In this document: piece by piece, positions 27,258 to 37,474 of the stretch
How the letters are laid out: every line of letters begins with the position of its first letter
How positions within the stretch are numbered: the stretch's first letter is position 1
Source of the DNA: a virus
Lineage: Duplodnaviria; Heunggongvirae; Uroviricota; Caudoviricetes
Direction: 5' to 3' (one strand)
Virus record (IMG/VR): IMGVR_UViG_3300025858_000011
Length of the DNA stretch: 64,000 nucleotides
Program-made: the position numbers and the translations under genes
Notes under the pieces: model-generated
Seen by the model: the letters and a program-made list of their open reading frames with translations, nothing else
What the model was told of the DNA's origin: nothing
Database searches by the model: none

Positions 27258-27581
27258 CTATGCCCACCAGGAACCCATAGTCTCCTCGTAATCAAGTGCC
27301 CGTAATTCGGCTCTCATTGCATCTATACCAACTGGATTATCTGACACGATTGTGATTCTACCAGGTTTAAATTGTGGATTATCTGATAACCATCGCAAGA
27401 TTCCTACGCCGTCCCGGTGATATCGTTTTTTATCAATTTCAGCAAAATCATCTTGGCCGTAGTCATGATCAAGATATAGATGATCTACAAAGACGGTGCG
27501 TAGAATATTGATACCTTGCTCAAATGTACGAGCGATGTAATCTACATTATATTCCCTACGATCATCAATTAGTAGATTCAT
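27258..27581 (-). CDS. hypothetical protein (107 aa)
   Basis: ORF. Confidence 0.45.
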   Translation of the reverse strand: MNLLIDDRREYNVDYIARTFEQGINILRTVFVDHLYLDHDYGQDDFAEIDKKRYHRDGVGILRWLSDNPQFKPGRITIVSDNPVGIDAMRAELRALDYEETMGSWWA

Positions 27582-27749
27582 ATTTTTCTCTTAAATTCTT
27601 AATGATGACAGCCGCCGATAACCATCTTTTATTTTTTGGCATATTGGCAATCGCTTCGATTGTTAATCTCTTGGAAGCCTGCTGAACTAGATGCAAAATT
27701 AACCTTTGTTCTGCCGATTCAAAATCACACCATACATAATTTTTCATAA

Positions 27750-28297
27750 ATATTCTTTCATAATTAGATCCCTTGAGAGGGGTTGAACCCCCGTCTTACC
27801 AGAACGTTACTTGATAATGTCCTTCCGACAACCAAGATCTTGGGTGTTTAGACGACAAGGGAATAAAATGATGCTAGCCGGACGCCACTACGGCCACTTA
27901 TTTTAGGGCTTGCTCAACCTCTCTATGAGAGGTGCACTTTTGTCCGAGGGTTTAAGACCGACAACCTCAATACCGTACGTGGTAGCATTACACGTTTTAG
28001 CATCATAATTGGCGGGTGAAGATCTCCAGCAGGTAAGGATTCGAATGATTTTAATCAGTAATTAAGTCGGCATTTTTACGTATCCGGATTTCTATTTTAT
28101 GCGTTCTTAATACTTCCCCTGCAACTTCACCCATTAAATTAATATACCGATCGGAATTACACCGACTGCATAGGTGCCACTATTATGCTTTTGGCCAATG
28201 CCCACTTAAACTCCATTTTGCGCCCGGCACAAAGCGCTGATGGCTGACATCGTTCCGCGTGTCATTGTCCACGCTGCAGTATATTATAATTTGGTCT
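27750..28297. other. 550-bp ORF-free region with tRNA-like T-arm fragments
   Basis: no ORF >=60 aa; contains GGGGTTCAACCCC and GGATTCGAAT motifs and several hairpins. Confidence 0.3.
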
Positions 28298-28567
28298 TTA
28301 CGCTTGTGCCATCATTGATGTAGTAATTTTATAACCGTCAATGTATGAGACGCTCGTTACCTTCTTTGGAAGAGACCAAGACTTAAGTGTTACATAAGGC
28401 TTCTTGGCCCCTTTAACCCTATACTCAGTGGTGCTCTCACTGCTGCCAACACCACTGGAATTACTGCTGGCGTCAGTATCGGATGTACTAGATGCACAAT
28501 TACACCAGATTTCACCTAATGCCGCCAGAAGAAACAGAATAGCTAGTCGAACTGCCAGTTTTTTCAC
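28298..28567 (-). CDS. small secreted protein / lipoprotein
   Basis: signal peptide MKKLAVRLAILFLLAALG. Confidence 0.45.
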   Translation of the reverse strand: MKKLAVRLAILFLLAALGEIWCNCASSTSDTDASSNSSGVGSSESTTEYRVKGAKKPYVTLKSWSLPKKVTSVSYIDGYKITTSMMAQA

Positions 28568-28782
28568 GCAGCTCCTCCGTAAATTTGTAATTTCCCCTAA
28601 TTATTTCCCCGAACTCCCGTTTATAAATGGGCCTCCAGGACGGTTTATTAGTATCATACAAGATTGGCGTAGGCCACTTATAATAATACATATTAATTCC
28701 AAGGACGCGTACTCCAAATTCATCCATATCATTAATAATCCATTGAACTCGGAGTACTTTTTCTATCAAAAATCTGAAAAAT

Positions 28783-29322
28783 TTATCCTTCATATGGTGC
28801 GTCGTGCTCCTTCCAGGCGACTACGATTCCTATACCGTCTTCATGGTCCCACCCATTATCAAATCCGATGCCGTACCCATAATAACAAGAGTCGGTCCAT
28901 CGATGTCCCTTTTGCTCGAAAGTAACACTATACATCTTTGACACTTCTGGAAGCCCAATGGTAACCGGAATCCATGGATCTTTTAGGCAAACAATCTCTG
29001 TAAATGCTTTTTCACAATTATGATAATTTATTGCCGCATCTTTGGCGGCTTTAATAGAACATATCATCTTGTTACGATGGTTTACTTCTGCACGGAAATG
29101 ATCCGCGCTATTGTGATAATGCATCGCCGCGTCTTTCGCTTCAGATAATTTCTTTCTGAGATTAGCAAGCTCATTTTCAAGCTCAACACGTATTAGATTG
29201 GATTCATTATACATATGCCGAAATTCGTCAGCCTCTTTCTTAGCCTTTACCAGTTCGATTTCGAGGATACTGATGCCGCCGACGCCCATGTTTGCTGTAT
29301 TTATTTCAGTGTGCTCACTCAT
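28783..29322 (-). CDS. coiled-coil hypothetical protein (179 aa)
   Basis: ORF. Confidence 0.5.
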   Translation of the reverse strand: MSEHTEINTANMGVGGISILEIELVKAKKEADEFRHMYNESNLIRVELENELANLRKKLSEAKDAAMHYHNSADHFRAEVNHRNKMICSIKAAKDAAINYHNCEKAFTEIVCLKDPWIPVTIGLPEVSKMYSVTFEQKGHRWTDSCYYGYGIGFDNGWDHEDGIGIVVAWKEHDAPYEG

Positions 29323-29506
29323 ATATTATCCGATTTAAATTGTTCAAAGTTATATCCAAATCCGTCTTCATACATTGGGACATCCTGGAACTCTGCTAAA
29401 ACCTTAGCAGCTTCTTCATGAGCGGAGTGATTTTGACAGCAACTGCATGTAATCTGCCAATGCCTGGCGAATTTTTGTTTCATAATTTAATACTCCAACT
29501 AAAAAG

Positions 29507-29578
29507 TACTCCGAGTGGGATTCGAACCCACGATGCAGGGTCGAAAACCCTGAGACTTTACCACTTGTCGATCGGAGC
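29507..29578 (-). tRNA. tRNA-Glu(TTC)
   Basis: acceptor GCTCCGA/TCGGAGT, anticodon stem CAGGG/CCCTG loop TTTTCGA, T GTGGGTTCGAATCCCAC. Confidence 0.7.
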
Positions 29579-29598
29579 AAAAAGGGGGGTTAATCCCC
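29576..29598 (-). terminator. intrinsic terminator (minus)
   Basis: GAGGGGGATTAACCCCCCTT + T5 on minus strand. Confidence 0.6.
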
Positions 29599-29628
29599 CT
29601 CATTCACCACTGTAATGCCATAAGGCAT

Positions 29629-30138
29629 TTACACCACCTCCTGCATGAGTGCGTCGCACTCAAGTTTATACTTCCATATTGTTAATGACACGTCAAGTGC
29701 TGCCTGTAAATCTTTTACCAGGAATACACTATTATGTGTAGTTCCTAATAGATGTTTTATCAGCATTTCGCGTGCTAATATTGACGCTTTTGCTAGCCCA
29801 AGGTCGGCTTCAATTAAGGATTTTGATACATCCGGATCGATAAAGACTATTAACTTTCGAAATGAGTCTTTCATTCTTCCGATGGCCATCGCGGCTTCCA
29901 TTAATGATATAAACGCGTAGGTTTCATCAGTAATTGCAAAAATAACTATGTCATCATTAGCAAGATGACATATTTCTTTATCTGAGTCCGCGGGTGTCCA
30001 CATTCCATCAGCTACCTGAGGATTAAAAAAAGGAATACCTCTAACAGTATACTGATCTACGAACGCTTGTCGCCAGATGGACTTTCCACATGTACCGAAA
30101 AGTCCGATGAAGTTACGGTCTTGTTGGTAAATCTCCAA
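29629..30138 (-). CDS. hypothetical protein, possibly nucleoside deoxyribosyltransferase-like
   Basis: 169 aa; IGLFGTCGKSIWR...IVIFAITDE weak resemblance to the Rossmann-like Ndt/DUF4062 fold. Confidence 0.3.
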   Translation of the reverse strand: MEIYQQDRNFIGLFGTCGKSIWRQAFVDQYTVRGIPFFNPQVADGMWTPADSDKEICHLANDDIVIFAITDETYAFISLMEAAMAIGRMKDSFRKLIVFIDPDVSKSLIEADLGLAKASILAREMLIKHLLGTTHNSVFLVKDLQAALDVSLTIWKYKLECDALMQEVV

Positions 30139-30188
30139 GATCTACTCCTAAAACTTTCATTTTTTTATCTCTTATGCAGCCTATTAAG

Positions 30189-30512
30189 TCAGTCCTCGCT
30201 GCGAGAGGCATTTTGACGTTCAATCCATTCATCCAGGGTTACCACTCGAATACTAGGAAATTGTCCGAGAAGTATTCCTGAGAAAATTATTAACGGTAGA
30301 TTAATGGATATTAACGTAGTATATAATATAATAATAATTAATGTGGCATGCAACAATAAAAAACACGCACGCCCCAGATTTGGCTTTTCATCGATGTCCA
30401 GTCCAAGGATAAACAATATATCATTGAACCGTTCATATAATAAAATTTTCCATTTTCGATATAAAATTGTTGTAATTACCGAAAATATAAATATTACAGA
30501 TCCTAATAACAT
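30189..30512 (-). CDS. membrane protein (107 aa)
   Basis: two or three TM helices. Confidence 0.45.
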   Translation of the reverse strand: MLLGSVIFIFSVITTILYRKWKILLYERFNDILFILGLDIDEKPNLGRACFLLLHATLIIIILYTTLISINLPLIIFSGILLGQFPSIRVVTLDEWIERQNASRSED

Positions 30513-30563
30513 AGTGCCTCCTATGATAAAAGAAAGCGGCCAGACTTGGCCGCTTTTTTTATG

Positions 30564-31508
30564 TTACTTGGTCAGCTTAAATCCCCTAAGTGGGCCTTCG
30601 CCTGTTGAAAGCACGATATTCGTGTTCTCATCAATGGTCTCTTCAAGAGTTCTCAAGCTCCGCATGAACGAATAAAATTCGGGGTATTGTCCGTAGGCGC
30701 TACTATAAATAGCCGCCGCTTCGCCCTCGCCCTTCGCATGAAACTCCTTAGCTTGTCTATAGGCCTCAGAACGAATGATTGCAATTTCGCGATCTTTCTT
30801 TCCAACGATTTCCATAGCCAGGCCGTTGCCCTTTGATGTATACAACTCTGCAACCCGGTTCTGATCGGAAATCATCCGATCATATACTCCCTGCAGGTTG
30901 TTTTTGGTGTACATCAATGTACGAAAATTCAGGTTTGCAAATTCAATACCTAGCGAGTCCGTGCTGGGTTTCGTAAGTTTCATGATCTGTACCAGCATCG
31001 AATCCCTGCCAACCCGTACCTTCGCAGAATCCGCTGAGGCAACTGAGATAATAACCGAGTCCGACTCTGATACACTGGCAATCAACATGACCCGGTTCGA
31101 AGTCCGTACGGCCTCATTCAGCATATTTGCCGAAATAAGGTCATTTACTTTGCCGTCGAAGATGTCATCGAGCCTGGAGAAACACTGTTCAGTATTACCT
31201 ACGGCATTCTTGAACAGCAGGGGATTTACAATCTTCCACCGTCCAAAAACCGAGATTGCCACATACTTGCGATCCAGCGTCGGAAGCTCCATCGGAGCAC
31301 CGTCCCACTCGTACCAACGGTTATCGTAGGTGTAACGATGCTCGATAATCGGCGTCTTAAACGCGACACCGGGGACTTTATTGATATTAACGGGATCACC
31401 CATGCGAGTGACTACGCTCTGTGTCACCATGTCCTGGACGTAGATTGAATCACAAACGATAACCAGGGCAATCATACACAGAACAGCCAGAATTATTTGT
31501 TTCTTCAT
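30564..31508 (-). CDS. hflC: SPFH/band-7 protein HflC-like
   Basis: N-terminal TM, SPFH core, YTKNNLQGVYDRMISDQ; paired with upstream HflK-like gene. Confidence 0.7.
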   Translation of the reverse strand: MKKQIILAVLCMIALVIVCDSIYVQDMVTQSVVTRMGDPVNINKVPGVAFKTPIIEHRYTYDNRWYEWDGAPMELPTLDRKYVAISVFGRWKIVNPLLFKNAVGNTEQCFSRLDDIFDGKVNDLISANMLNEAVRTSNRVMLIASVSESDSVIISVASADSAKVRVGRDSMLVQIMKLTKPSTDSLGIEFANLNFRTLMYTKNNLQGVYDRMISDQNRVAELYTSKGNGLAMEIVGKKDREIAIIRSEAYRQAKEFHAKGEGEAAAIYSSAYGQYPEFYSFMRSLRTLEETIDENTNIVLSTGEGPLRGFKLTK

Positions 31509-32479
31509 TGTTTGGCCTCGGGGTTCAGGTTCATGAATGGCAGAACATTGCGGACAGCATTGTCGACGAAGGTCTTATGGGCAGTTTTGTCCAATGCCCT
31601 TACGATGGCCTCGTTATACAGTCGCTCTTCAGTAGTTTTGGCATTCTTTGCATGTTCCCGCGCCAGGGCGAGGAATTCCGCTACGTCACCACGTGCATTG
31701 TTCACACGTTCGGCGTAAAAACCGTTAGCAAGTTCTACTGTCTGCAGAGCTTTGCCCTGTTCCAGCGGAACCTCCCGGTTATAAAGCTGCCTAGCCTTGT
31801 TGATCGTCTCGTCCATGCCTGATCGGGCATTGGTAACGTTTTCGTAAGATGTCTTGACTTCCTTAGGAGGTTGTGCCTCCTGAAGTTCAGTCATTACAAT
31901 GCCGAGTCCGGTGCCAAAATCACGTAGGCGCTTATCTGTTTCGATACGCGCCTGGATCGCGATGTCAGTCCTGGCGAGGTTAATAACCTCATCACCAGAA
32001 TGATCGCCTACGACTTTGCGCATCTCAGCGATTGACACATCGTCCAGTGTTTTCAAGGGGTCGATGACATTGTATGCATACTGATACGGATTAACAATCT
32101 GATAGTGATGCACCCATTGAACCCATACTACGGAAAGATCTCCCGTAAGCATAAGTGCCTCTTTGGCGAAATCGCCCTCAGCATATGTTGACTTCACATC
32201 TGCCTTAATTGTTCGAAACCCATACTCCGCCTTAAAGCGAGTCTTGACCGGAATATCCTTTACGGTTTCAACCCCTACGGGAAGTTTGAAATGAAGACCT
32301 GGACCAACGGTCCGATCGTACTTCCCAAGCGTCTCCACCAGGCCGACAGAATCAGATGATACCGTGTAAGGAGTCGTGAGTGCAAAAATGCATATCACGA
32401 TCAGTACTGCGATGCCGACGTATTTTTTTGGCATGTTACCCTTTCTTTCTTTGTTTTGTGTGACTTTTAACATCATCAA
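31505..32479 (-). CDS. hflK: SPFH/band-7 protein HflK-like
   Basis: 324 aa; N-terminal TM, SPFH domain, long C-terminal coiled coil; stop overlaps the hflC start. Confidence 0.7.
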   Translation of the reverse strand: MMMLKVTQNKERKGNMPKKYVGIAVLIVICIFALTTPYTVSSDSVGLVETLGKYDRTVGPGLHFKLPVGVETVKDIPVKTRFKAEYGFRTIKADVKSTYAEGDFAKEALMLTGDLSVVWVQWVHHYQIVNPYQYAYNVIDPLKTLDDVSIAEMRKVVGDHSGDEVINLARTDIAIQARIETDKRLRDFGTGLGIVMTELQEAQPPKEVKTSYENVTNARSGMDETINKARQLYNREVPLEQGKALQTVELANGFYAERVNNARGDVAEFLALAREHAKNAKTTEERLYNEAIVRALDKTAHKTFVDNAVRNVLPFMNLNPEAKQ

Positions 32480-32687
32480 GGACTTCCTCAGTTTTCACAA
32501 TCTCATCGATAAGGCCTTTTTTTGCAGTAGCCATCCGTAGATTGGCCCTTACAAGGTTCAATTCGGATTGTAAAGCTTCGATGTCCTTTTGATGTTCCTT
32601 GTTAATGTAGCCACGAACCAGTTGTACCAGAAAATATACTAATACTAAAACAAGCCCGATGGCTACAAAAAATCTCGCAAGATACAT
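32436..32687 (-). CDS. small membrane protein (83 aa)
   Basis: N-terminal TM + coiled coil. Confidence 0.45.
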   Translation of the reverse strand: MYLARFFVAIGLVLVLVYFLVQLVRGYINKEHQKDIEALQSELNLVRANLRMATAKKGLIDEIVKTEEVLDDVKSHTKQRKKG

Positions 32688-32690
32688 ATG

Positions 32691-32945
32691 CTACTCCTGC
32701 TCCCATTTTGTAATTACTACGGCAAGATAAACCCCTACGAGTTCCCCAAGAACTCCACCGATGCTTATCAGGGCCATCAGAAACAAGGATGTACCGAAGA
32801 CTGGAAAAAGAACTTTATCAGAGAATAATTCACTGACATCCTCATCGGTTTCCTCTCTGATTTCTTGTATCAATTGCTTCCCGTACTTCCGGCCCAAAAA
32901 TACGAGTATAAAACTAATAAGAAAAACTAAAACAAAACCAGTCAC
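32691..32945 (-). CDS. small membrane protein (84 aa)
   Basis: two TM helices. Confidence 0.45.
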   Translation of the reverse strand: MTGFVLVFLISFILVFLGRKYGKQLIQEIREETDEDVSELFSDKVLFPVFGTSLFLMALISIGGVLGELVGVYLAVVITKWEQE

Positions 32946-32964
32946 ATGAAATCTCCTATGTTAA

Positions 32965-33477
32965 TTAGGTTCTATCTATGTTCTTATACCGAAATTGATT
33001 TAAAATGCTCATTTGATCTACGGTCCACCATTCGGGTGGAGCTACTCCACGTTTCCATTTACTCTTCTTTCTGCTTTGTTGATAATAAGCCCGGTATGAC
33101 ACTACAACCTCAGACGATCTAAAACGAACAGGAACTGTTAGTTTAAATCCAAATGGACTATTAGGTAATCGCGTAGGAGCTATTTGCAATAATTTTATTA
33201 CATTTGCAAGTTTATGTTGACGTTGATATCTTATATTATATTGATTAAGTAATTCATTCAACATGATGCTTGCCCATCTATATTTATTTATGGTACACAT
33301 ATTCTGATCGATGGGCACCGGGGTATCATGTAATAATCTATATTTAAATGGAGATCCCAATGCCCAATGAATAAATGATAAATCTTTTGTAATCAAAAAA
33401 ATACTAGTAATTACATCCTGATCGCAATGTGCCTGTGCTGATAATATTGGATCGTAATCTAATATATTATAAATCAT
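32965..33477 (-). CDS. hypothetical protein (170 aa)
   Basis: ORF. Confidence 0.5.
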   Translation of the reverse strand: MIYNILDYDPILSAQAHCDQDVITSIFLITKDLSFIHWALGSPFKYRLLHDTPVPIDQNMCTINKYRWASIMLNELLNQYNIRYQRQHKLANVIKLLQIAPTRLPNSPFGFKLTVPVRFRSSEVVVSYRAYYQQSRKKSKWKRGVAPPEWWTVDQMSILNQFRYKNIDRT

Positions 33478-33634
33478 ATTATTTCCAATTTAAAAAAAAT
33501 TTGGGGGATTAGCCCGCAGACAAATCCCCCCATCTAAGTTATACCTAATATAAGATAGAAAGGGTACCGTTCTCTTCATTATATAAAGAGATTTGACGAT
33601 ATGTCTTTCTATAATTTTCTTATACCCTATTTTT

Positions 33635-33707
33635 ATTACATTTGCAGGGGCAGGAGGCATCGAACCCCCAACCGTCGGATTTGGAGTCCGATGCTCCGCC
33701 AGTTGAG
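33635..33707 (-). tRNA. tRNA-Trp(CCA)
   Basis: acceptor AGGGGCA/TGCCCCT, D GCTCAACTGGCGGAGC, anticodon stem TCGGA/TCCGA loop CTCCAAA, T GGGGGTTCGATGCCTCC. Confidence 0.75.
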
Positions 33708-33974
33708 CTATGCCCCTATGGCCGATAGGATGACCAAGACCAGGATATGCAATGCCTGATCTAACCAAATGCTTTTTATAATGCCTTGGCATTTAAATGC
33801 GTCGATTATCAAGTGCATAACAAATAGCACGATGAGACTCAACAGTCTTAGAGGGGAGAATAAAACGAATGGGGCTACATAAGTAGCGACATGATACATT
33901 AGTATCTCGTCACTTTTCACTTTTTCAGAGGACATCCAGGCGGATTGAAAGCGAAGTCCCCGATGAAGTGACAT
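33708..33974 (-). CDS. membrane protein (88 aa)
   Basis: two TM helices. Confidence 0.4.
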   Translation of the reverse strand: MSLHRGLRFQSAWMSSEKVKSDEILMYHVATYVAPFVLFSPLRLLSLIVLFVMHLIIDAFKCQGIIKSIWLDQALHILVLVILSAIGA

Positions 33975-34167
33975 GCTATAAGAACTAATACTGGATGCAT
34001 TGTTTTCTCTTATTCTTGTTCAGGTTCTGGTTCACTATGCTGGGCATTACGTGCCCAATCCTCATAATAACCATCTGTTCCATGCCCGATGTCTCCGTAG
34101 CACATCGAACACAAATCCCCTTGTCCGTCAGGAATTTTCTCTCCGCAAGATTTACAATATTTTTGAC

Positions 34168-34482
34168 TCATCGGTACCTTCTGGTTTCTCTTTCTAATGC
34201 ATCAAGACGTTGTTTTATCTCCTCGATATCAGTATAATTATCAACCTTATCTCTTTTCTGCCGGCACGATGGGCATACAGCAGAGTAAGGCTGAGGGGTG
34301 TCATAGGGGATTTGTATCATTCTATTACAGTCACAACAGTAAGTTAATCTCACTTTATTTTCTTCATGAGACTTTTTTTCCGTTGCGTCCTCTATCTCTT
34401 GAAGCATTATTTCCTTGTGTTTTTGCTCCATCGAGTCCGTCGGGACAAAATTCTCGATGAAATATTTAACATTTCTTAACAT
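34168..34482 (-). CDS. zinc-ribbon hypothetical protein (104 aa)
   Basis: CCDC...CPSC. Confidence 0.45.
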   Translation of the reverse strand: MLRNVKYFIENFVPTDSMEQKHKEIMLQEIEDATEKKSHEENKVRLTYCCDCNRMIQIPYDTPQPYSAVCPSCRQKRDKVDNYTDIEEIKQRLDALERETRRYR

Positions 34483-34654
34483 ATTAATACTGGTTAATAT
34501 TAAGTGGCCACGATGCGGCCACCGTTGATTAGAGACACTTTAGAGTCTCTCTTGCTAGGAATACAGCTTCTTTTGCCATCTCAGGAGCACATCAGAATAA
34601 AAATTACTAATAATATAAGTTTTTTCATACTACGTCCTTTCAGATTAAATATCA

Positions 34655-34680
34655 GTGTAAAAAGACCGGTTATCCGGCCC
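34655..34680 (-). terminator. intrinsic terminator (minus)
   Basis: GGCCGGATAACCGGTC hairpin + CTTTTTACACT. Confidence 0.5.
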
Positions 34681-34825
34681 TTTCTACAAAAGTCCACCTG
34701 GTAGAAAAAGTAACCCAAATAGTGCAACCATAGCTGTTAACACCAGGAGTATTAATAAAATTAAAAACTCTGGATCATTGATAAGTTTCATGTTACTTCC
34801 TATTTAAAGTTATTAATATCTAATG

Positions 34826-34857
34826 TTCTTATACCTATTCTTAAGGTAAAAAATAAG
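34826..34857 (-). promoter_or_regulatory. terminator-promoter composite motif copy
   Basis: TTCTTATACCTATTCTTAAGGTAAAAAATAAG. Confidence 0.45.
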
Positions 34858-35541
34858 CCTACGCGATTTGATGGTGACGGCGATTGGCCGTTATAGTCCA
34901 AGAATGTGCGTGGCTTATTTTTAAGGAGACTTTATGTCCTACGTATCTTATACCAGAAAAAATCTATAATGATTCACATTACAGATTTCTTTTCTTTTAA
35001 TGGTTGATATTTTGTAAATAAATTAGTTTCAGTAAATTGTCTAGTTATGTGATCATATATACCACTTACAATTATAGGTTCACATACACCACCTATTCCC
35101 ACGGTAGTGTGTCCTGATATAGTTCCACAAAAAGCATCTTCGCTAATTGGGCATGATAGTAAATCAAGACAATACCAATCACAAATTAGAAATTAGAAAC
35201 TTACATTGTACCTTTGTAAATGATACATACGGACATTTATTATTTTTCATTTCGTATTTTGTAATATAAATCCTCACATAATAATATCAAGTATACCAAT
35301 GAAAGGTATAGCTGAATACGTACTGCTGGATATGCTAAAAACTGAATAATTGTATTTATAGGCTTGCGTCCTCATAATGAAGAAATAATACATTTTTAAG
35401 ATTAATTATATGAACGACTTTGTTAACAAGAAATCTAAAAATTTTCCCGTCATCTTGTATATTATATGCATTTGGAAAATTAAATACATCCCCGTTTTCA
35501 AATTTTACATGAATAGTCGCCATATTTCCTCATATTATAAT

Positions 35542-35566
35542 AAAAAAATGGTGGCATAGCCACCAT
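35542..35566 (-). terminator. intrinsic terminator (minus)
   Basis: ATGGTGGCTATGCCACCAT + T7. Confidence 0.6.
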
Positions 35567-35746
35567 TACTTGTTATCCTGAATCTTTTTTTCAATCTCTC
35601 GTTGAGAGGCTGCGATGCGTGCAGCCTGCTCATCAAGCTTCTTAAGCTCCGCTGTTTGCTGATCGGCTTTAACCTTATCAGGGGATTTCCCGGGATCGGC
35701 ACAGCTTAGCGAAAATAGTAGCATGAGAACTAGTATAATTCTCATA
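35567..35746 (-). CDS. small lipoprotein (59 aa)
   Basis: MRIILVLMLLFSLSC lipobox; ATG overlaps upstream stop (ATGA); below the 60-aa ORF-track cutoff. Confidence 0.4.
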
Positions 35747-36005
35747 AGGCAACCACTTTGAATCTATCGTAGATTTGCATTGGGCTGGTAATAGTTAGTT
35801 CCAGCACAGACTCAGGAAACCAATAAGTGCCTTCCACATCTATGCCTGTGGCCAACAGATACCCATATTTACGATTATACCTTATCACCTTATATTCCTT
35901 GCCGATGCATTTATCCATTTGAGTTACCCAGTTTGCTTCCCAGACTCCAGCTTCAGATTCCTCTTTTCTGGTAACTCTTACTACGTCATTAACATTAAAT
36001 TTCAT
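35742..36005 (-). CDS. YDKF-family small protein
   Basis: 87 aa; VNDVVRVTR...WEANWVTQMDKCIGKEYKV...WFPESVLELT...IYDRFKVVAL. Confidence 0.6.
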   Translation of the reverse strand: MKFNVNDVVRVTRKEESEAGVWEANWVTQMDKCIGKEYKVIRYNRKYGYLLATGIDVEGTYWFPESVLELTITSPMQIYDRFKVVAL

Positions 36006-36259
36006 AAGGCAATCACCTCGAATTTATTGTAAATTGGCATTGCTACGGATAGTTCCAATGCAGTTTCAGGAAACCAATAAATAATTGTACCATTGCTTAG
36101 TGTGGATAGCAAATAACCGTAGACACCACCACACATTCGTATTACATATTCTTTCCCAATGTGCTTGTCCATTCCAGATACCCACTCTCCTTCCCAACCA
36201 TCACTTAGAGACTCTATTTTCTTGATGACCATAACCTTGTCATTAACTTTGAATTTCAT
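36002..36259 (-). CDS. YDKF-family small protein
   Basis: 85 aa paralog, ends IYNKFEVIAL; translationally coupled. Confidence 0.6.
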   Translation of the reverse strand: MKFKVNDKVMVIKKIESLSDGWEGEWVSGMDKHIGKEYVIRMCGGVYGYLLSTLSNGTIIYWFPETALELSVAMPIYNKFEVIAL

Positions 36260-37263
36260 AGGGGGACCACCTGAAATTTATCGTAGATTTCAAAATCTGA
36301 TTCTGATTTCAATATAAATTCAGGAAACCAAAAATTATAGGAATTAAGAGATGGATCTGCGGATGTATTGAGTCTAACTCCAAGACCATCATTATGATCT
36401 ATAACCTTGTATTTATTCCCTACGCATCTGTCCATCCTCGGATTCCAATCCACGTTCCATCCCTTTTCGCCTCGATGTGCTATTCTTGTAACAGTTACTA
36501 CGTCTCCAATTTTTAGTTTAGATCTTTTTGAATTATCAGTAACTTTCTCAAGAATAAAATAGGGTACGTAGGCGGAGTCCGTGTCATCCAGGCGTATAGA
36601 AACTCCCATTACATCATTGGTACTTTCTACTCTAACCTGTTTTCTAATAAGATGGTCCATTGAATCTAACCAAACTGTTCCCCATCCATTTTCATAACTC
36701 TTGGCCGCTCTGGTTATTTTAACAGTGTCTCCCGCCCGAAATCCCGCAGAATTTTGCCGGGATGCATAGTCATTTTGTTTTTCTAGTACAAAAAAGGGAA
36801 CCCACATTGATACATGATTTTTTGTCATTATTTTAATTCCCTCATTTTCACGAATATCCGTAATGGTAACTACGGATCCTACGTAAAAATTCATTGAGGA
36901 GGTCCAGTTATTACTCCAGCCATCTTGTAAGGACTTGGCAGTTGTAGTGATCTTTACTACGTCACCAATTTTAAGTCCGCACTCATTCTGGCGGCGTAGA
37001 TAATCTCTGGTAAGTTCTCCTCTTACGTCTGTTTTTTGTAATACAAAATATGGCCAGCTATAGGAGATCCGGGAACCATCTTCTTTGCCTAATATAACCC
37101 CTGAATCAGAAATTGAAAGAATTATAAAAGTCTTTCCAACAGATCTATCCATGTCTGATACCCAGGAATTCATCCAATCTTTTTCATGAGTTACCGCCGA
37201 ACGAGTAATTTTTACGTGATCTCCGATGCGAAAACCACTTTTAGCTTGATCATCACAATACAT
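36256..37263 (-). CDS. YDKF-family protein with four tandem domain repeats
   Basis: 335 aa; four ~80-aa repeats each with GD.V.IT..W...W...MD...GK; ends EIYDKFQVVPL. Confidence 0.65.
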   Translation of the reverse strand: MYCDDQAKSGFRIGDHVKITRSAVTHEKDWMNSWVSDMDRSVGKTFIILSISDSGVILGKEDGSRISYSWPYFVLQKTDVRGELTRDYLRRQNECGLKIGDVVKITTTAKSLQDGWSNNWTSSMNFYVGSVVTITDIRENEGIKIMTKNHVSMWVPFFVLEKQNDYASRQNSAGFRAGDTVKITRAAKSYENGWGTVWLDSMDHLIRKQVRVESTNDVMGVSIRLDDTDSAYVPYFILEKVTDNSKRSKLKIGDVVTVTRIAHRGEKGWNVDWNPRMDRCVGNKYKVIDHNDGLGVRLNTSADPSLNSYNFWFPEFILKSESDFEIYDKFQVVPL

Positions 37264-37273
37264 AATTTTTCCT

Positions 37274-37474
37274 TTAATTTGAAACTAATGGTTGAAAAAC
37301 ATTATCTTCTTCATTATGATAAATTGTTTTATTATAATCATTGCCGCCACACTTGGGGCATTTATAATTATAATAAGTAAAAGAGGGATTAGTATCTAAT
37401 ATTGCAGGTCTGTAATGATTCCCACAAAAACCACATACTGCCTCATCATCTTCTATTGTTCTTATACCTTCCAA
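37274..37474 (-). CDS. zinc-ribbon protein (66 aa)
   Basis: CGFCGNHY...CPKCGGNDY. Confidence 0.45.
   Translation of the reverse strand: MEGIRTIEDDEAVCGFCGNHYRPAILDTNPSFTYYNYKCPKCGGNDYNKTIYHNEEDNVFQPLVSN

Noticed and set aside
27003-27295. ORFs 27003..27218 and 27077..27295 (minus)
   Set aside because: Cover tRNA-Pro and the GC-rich terminator hairpin; no SD; likely non-coding.
33490-33792. ORF 33490..33792 (minus)
   Set aside because: Overlaps tRNA-Trp completely; amino-acid sequence is just the translated tRNA.
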